Shown piece by piece: positions 1-934 of a stretch of DNA of 934 nt. The notes under the pieces are model-generated. The model saw only the letters and a program-made list of their open reading frames with translations, made no database searches and was not told the DNA's origin. Numbering within the stretch: position 1 is the stretch's first letter; each line of letters opens with the position of its first letter. Source of the DNA: a phage; sequence record AB841365.1, one strand, 5' to 3'. The translations under genes were made by a program, and so were the position numbers.

Positions 1-157
1 CGCCAGCTTCTATGGTTCGCTCAATGTCACGGACTACGTTCTTCGGCAGCTTTCCAAATGCTTTTGCCACCATAAAAGAATCTGTAACCGGATCGTTGTT
101 TGCTACAAAAATTAGGTCTCTGAAATCTATATCGTTAACAACGGTTGGGTAGTTCAT
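1..157 (-). CDS. Rha-family phage regulatory protein (antirepressor-like), N-terminal 52 codons; 3' end continues beyond window start
   Basis: Not in the supplied ORF track, probably because it is open-ended. My translation from ATG at 157..155 gives MNYPTVVNDIDFRDLIFVANNDPVTDSFMVAKAFGKLPKNVVRDIERTIEAG..., open to position 1. The segment LIFV..NDPVTDS..VAKAFGK....VVRDIE resembles the N-terminal signature of Rha-family proteins (Pfam Phage_pRha) as I remember it. Upstream in frame there is no alternative ATG/GTG/TTG before the stop at 274..272, so 157 is the first possible start. The SD is weak (AAAGG about 14 nt upstream). Same orientation as Rz/Rz1, as in P22-like late regions where rha follows the lysis genes. 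Confidence 0.6.
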   Translation of the reverse strand, partial: MNYPTVVNDIDFRDLIFVANNDPVTDSFMVAKAFGKLPKNVVRDIERTIEAG

Positions 158-304
158 TGCGTCTTTACCTTTTAGAAAGATGAGCCTGTTCGCACAGAAA
201 AGCCGTCCCCGAGATGGTCGCCACCATATACGGCAATTCTCAGGCTCAGCTTTCTGAAAGACTCGGGATTGTTACGCGCTGCGATGCGCGGTTTACTGCA
301 GATG

Positions 305-331
305 TAAAAAAGCCCCGCAAATGCGAGGCTA
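305..331 (-). terminator. rho-independent (intrinsic) terminator, oriented for minus-strand transcripts coming from the lysis genes
   Basis: Minus-strand RNA reads a-GCCUCGC-AUUU-GCGGGGC-UUUUUU-aca: a 7-8 bp GC-rich stem (one G-U wobble), 4-nt loop and a run of 6 U. On the plus strand the same stem would have a C-A mismatch and no downstream U-tract, so the orientation is minus. It lies about 170 nt downstream of the Rz stop and about 150 nt upstream of the Rha-like start. Confidence 0.7.
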
Positions 332-363
332 AATCCTGGTATTTGTAATGACTGGCTCTTATC

Positions 364-507
364 TCAACGCAGCCCCTTACCGCGCGCCAGATGCTCAACT
401 TCAAGCATCAGCAATGAGATGTTTAATCTGGATTCACTCCAGAAGTGATCACCACCCTGTCTACAGAGCCAGATGTGAAGGATGATGAGTAAAATTATCG
501 CTATCAT
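364..507 (-). CDS. candidate small protein, 47 aa, hydrophobic N-terminus; hypothetical and unverified
   Basis: My translation: [47 protein letters not shown], stop TGA at 366..364. Its ATG (507..505) overlaps the Rz stop (506..504) as ATGA, a common translational-coupling arrangement. The first 13 codons have T at the second position in 10 cases, as expected for a membrane segment. The ORF ends about 33 nt before the intrinsic terminator. There is no recognisable SD and no homolog I can name; short hydrophobic ORFs also arise by chance in AT-rich DNA. Confidence 0.25.
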   Translation of the reverse strand: MIAIILLIILHIWLCRQGGDHFWSESRLNISLLMLEVEHLARGKGLR

Positions 508-934
508 CGAAGGCATTGCGTCCTGATGTACTCCTGCAGGTAGTTAACCTGCGCGGTTATCCTGTCGATTCCACTTCGGAGACGGTAATAATTGAGTTCA
601 NCATCTGCTGTAAGTCCTGGGCTTTCTCCATCGCCCATGCCGCTGGCTCCGGTCGTTGACTTTGCACAGGTGGCGGCGACTTGCAGGCGCTTACGCCCAG
701 CAGAAACATCAGCACGGAGACTTTCGATAGTCGCGTTAGCATCAGCAAGCTCCTTTGTGTATCTTGCGTCGAGTTCTGCTACATCACGTTGACGCATCTG
801 CATGTCAGTAATTGCCGCGTTCGCCAGCTTCAGTTCTCTGGCATTTTTGTCNCGCTGGGCTTTGTAGGTAATGGCGTTATCACGNTAATGATTAACANCC
901 CCATGACAGACAGACGANNGATNCNNNTAACCAG
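504..934 (-). CDS. Rz: i-spanin Rz (inner-membrane spanin subunit of the lysis cassette); 5'-partial, N-terminus continues beyond window end; stop TGA at 506..504
   Basis: The supplied ORF (504..803, 99 aa) is only the part downstream of an internal Met. Translating the same frame upstream of 803 gives ...[38 protein letters not shown]..., which matches phage lambda Rz as I recall it (...[56 protein letters not shown]...). Beyond about 900 the reverse complement of 901..915 reads VCLSW (lambda ...IIVCLSW) but in a register shifted by one base, next to the N at 898, consistent with a sequencing indel. Two Cys are retained at positions equivalent to lambda Rz C99 and the C-terminal Cys (...TQCLR). 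A lambda-length Rz (153 aa) would start around 960, outside the window. Confidence 0.92.
   Translation of the reverse strand, partial: GXXXXSSVCHGXVNHXRDNAITYKAQXDKNARELKLANAAITDMQMRQRDVAELDARYTKELADANATIESLRADVSAGRKRLQVAATCAKSTTGASGMGDGESPGLTADXELNYYRLRSGIDRITAQVNYLQEYIRTQCLR
557..742 (-). CDS. Rz1: o-spanin Rz1 (outer-membrane lipoprotein), wholly embedded within Rz in a different reading frame
   Basis: Supplied ORF 557..748 starts at a TTG; I prefer the in-frame ATG at 742..740, which sits 7 nt downstream of a perfect AAGGAG. The product is [20 protein letters not shown]|[19 protein letters not shown]...: a signal peptide with basic n-region, hydrophobic core and lipobox V-S-A-C (Cys codon 683..685), Lys at +2 (not Asp, consistent with outer-membrane sorting), then a Pro-rich mature region. 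Architecture matches lambda Rz1 as I recall it (signal + lipobox Cys, PPPPP, AW, C-terminal ...G). Stop TAA at 559..557. Full embedding inside Rz is the classic lambda-type spanin arrangement. Confidence 0.85.
   Translation of the reverse strand: MLTRLSKVSVLMFLLGVSACKSPPPVQSQRPEPAAWAMEKAQDLQQMXNSIITVSEVESTG
750..755 (-). promoter_or_regulatory. Shine-Dalgarno sequence (AAGGAG) for Rz1, encoded inside the Rz reading frame
   Basis: Minus-strand sequence is acacAAGGAGcttgctgATG: a perfect AAGGAG with a 7-nt spacer to the Rz1 ATG at 742. In the Rz frame the same bases encode the K-E of the YTKELAD motif. Confidence 0.7.

Noticed and set aside
165-227. Minus-strand 20-aa ORF (MVATISGTAFLCEQAHLSKR) ending inside the putative RBS region of the Rha-like gene
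   Set aside because: Very short, no SD, starts at the other arm of the same palindrome; most likely chance.
158-300. Sigma-70 promoter for the Rha-like gene (for example GTATAT at 226..231 on the minus strand)
   Set aside because: No acceptable -35 hexamer at 16-18 bp spacing; in a lambdoid late region transcription probably arrives by readthrough, so no promoter is called.
214-348. Plus-strand 44-aa ORF (MVATIYGNSQAQLSERLGIVTRCDARFTADVKKPRKCEAKSWYL) with a faintly HTH-like segment
   Set aside because: No convincing SD; it runs antisense straight through the minus-strand terminator hairpin; its ATG is simply one arm of the 214..227 palindrome; too short and without recognisable homology to call.
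158-503. Search for a bor-like lipoprotein gene convergent with Rz, as in lambda
   Set aside because: No plus-strand frame gives a lipoprotein-like N-terminus or any Bor-like peptide; all frames are broken by stops within 50 codons or fewer.
482-526. Plus-strand mini-[17 protein letters not shown] overlapping the Rz stop region
   Set aside because: Only 14 codons, SD-like GAAGG is too close to the ATG, and it is antisense to the Rz 3' end and to the better-supported minus-strand candidate.
557-748. TTG start at 748..746 for Rz1, as implied by the supplied ORF coordinates
   Set aside because: The in-frame ATG at 742..740 is optimally spaced (7 nt) from a perfect AAGGAG, while the TTG would sit only 1 nt from it; the ATG start gives a lambda-like Rz1 signal peptide.
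592-792. Plus-strand ORF of 66 aa from the supplied track ([24 protein letters not shown]...)
   Set aside because: Lies entirely antisense within the well-supported Rz/Rz1 coding region; low-complexity Ser/Pro/Ala-rich product typical of the reverse strand of a GC-rich gene; no ribosome-binding site or recognisable family.
1-934. tRNA, CRISPR repeats, IS ends or other mobile-element termini
   Set aside because: No cloverleaf-compatible segment, no repeated spacer-repeat units and no terminal inverted repeats found by eye; the only repeats are the short palindromes already listed.

Overview
This window looks like the distal end of a lambdoid (lambda/P22-like) phage or prophage lysis cassette, all on the minus strand. 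From the right edge leftwards it holds: (1) the i-spanin gene Rz, 5'-partial, with its N-terminus running off the window at 934 and its stop at 506..504; (2) the o-spanin lipoprotein gene Rz1, fully embedded in Rz in another frame, with a strong AAGGAG ribosome-binding site and a lipobox; (3) a 346-bp spacer (158..503) with a clear minus-strand intrinsic terminator at about 305..331 and no long ORF; (4) the first 52 codons of a Rha-family phage regulatory (antirepressor-like) protein starting at 157 and running off the left edge. Ambiguous bases (N at 601, 852, 885, 898, 918-919, 923, 925-927) and an apparent 1-nt frame slip near 898-900 indicate low-quality sequence at the right end rather than a true pseudogene. 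The most interesting unexplained signal is a 47-codon minus-strand ORF (364..507) whose ATG overlaps the Rz stop (ATGA), which has a hydrophobic N-terminus and sits just upstream of the terminator; it is a hypothesis only. All family assignments rest on my own translation and recalled reference sequences; no database search was run.
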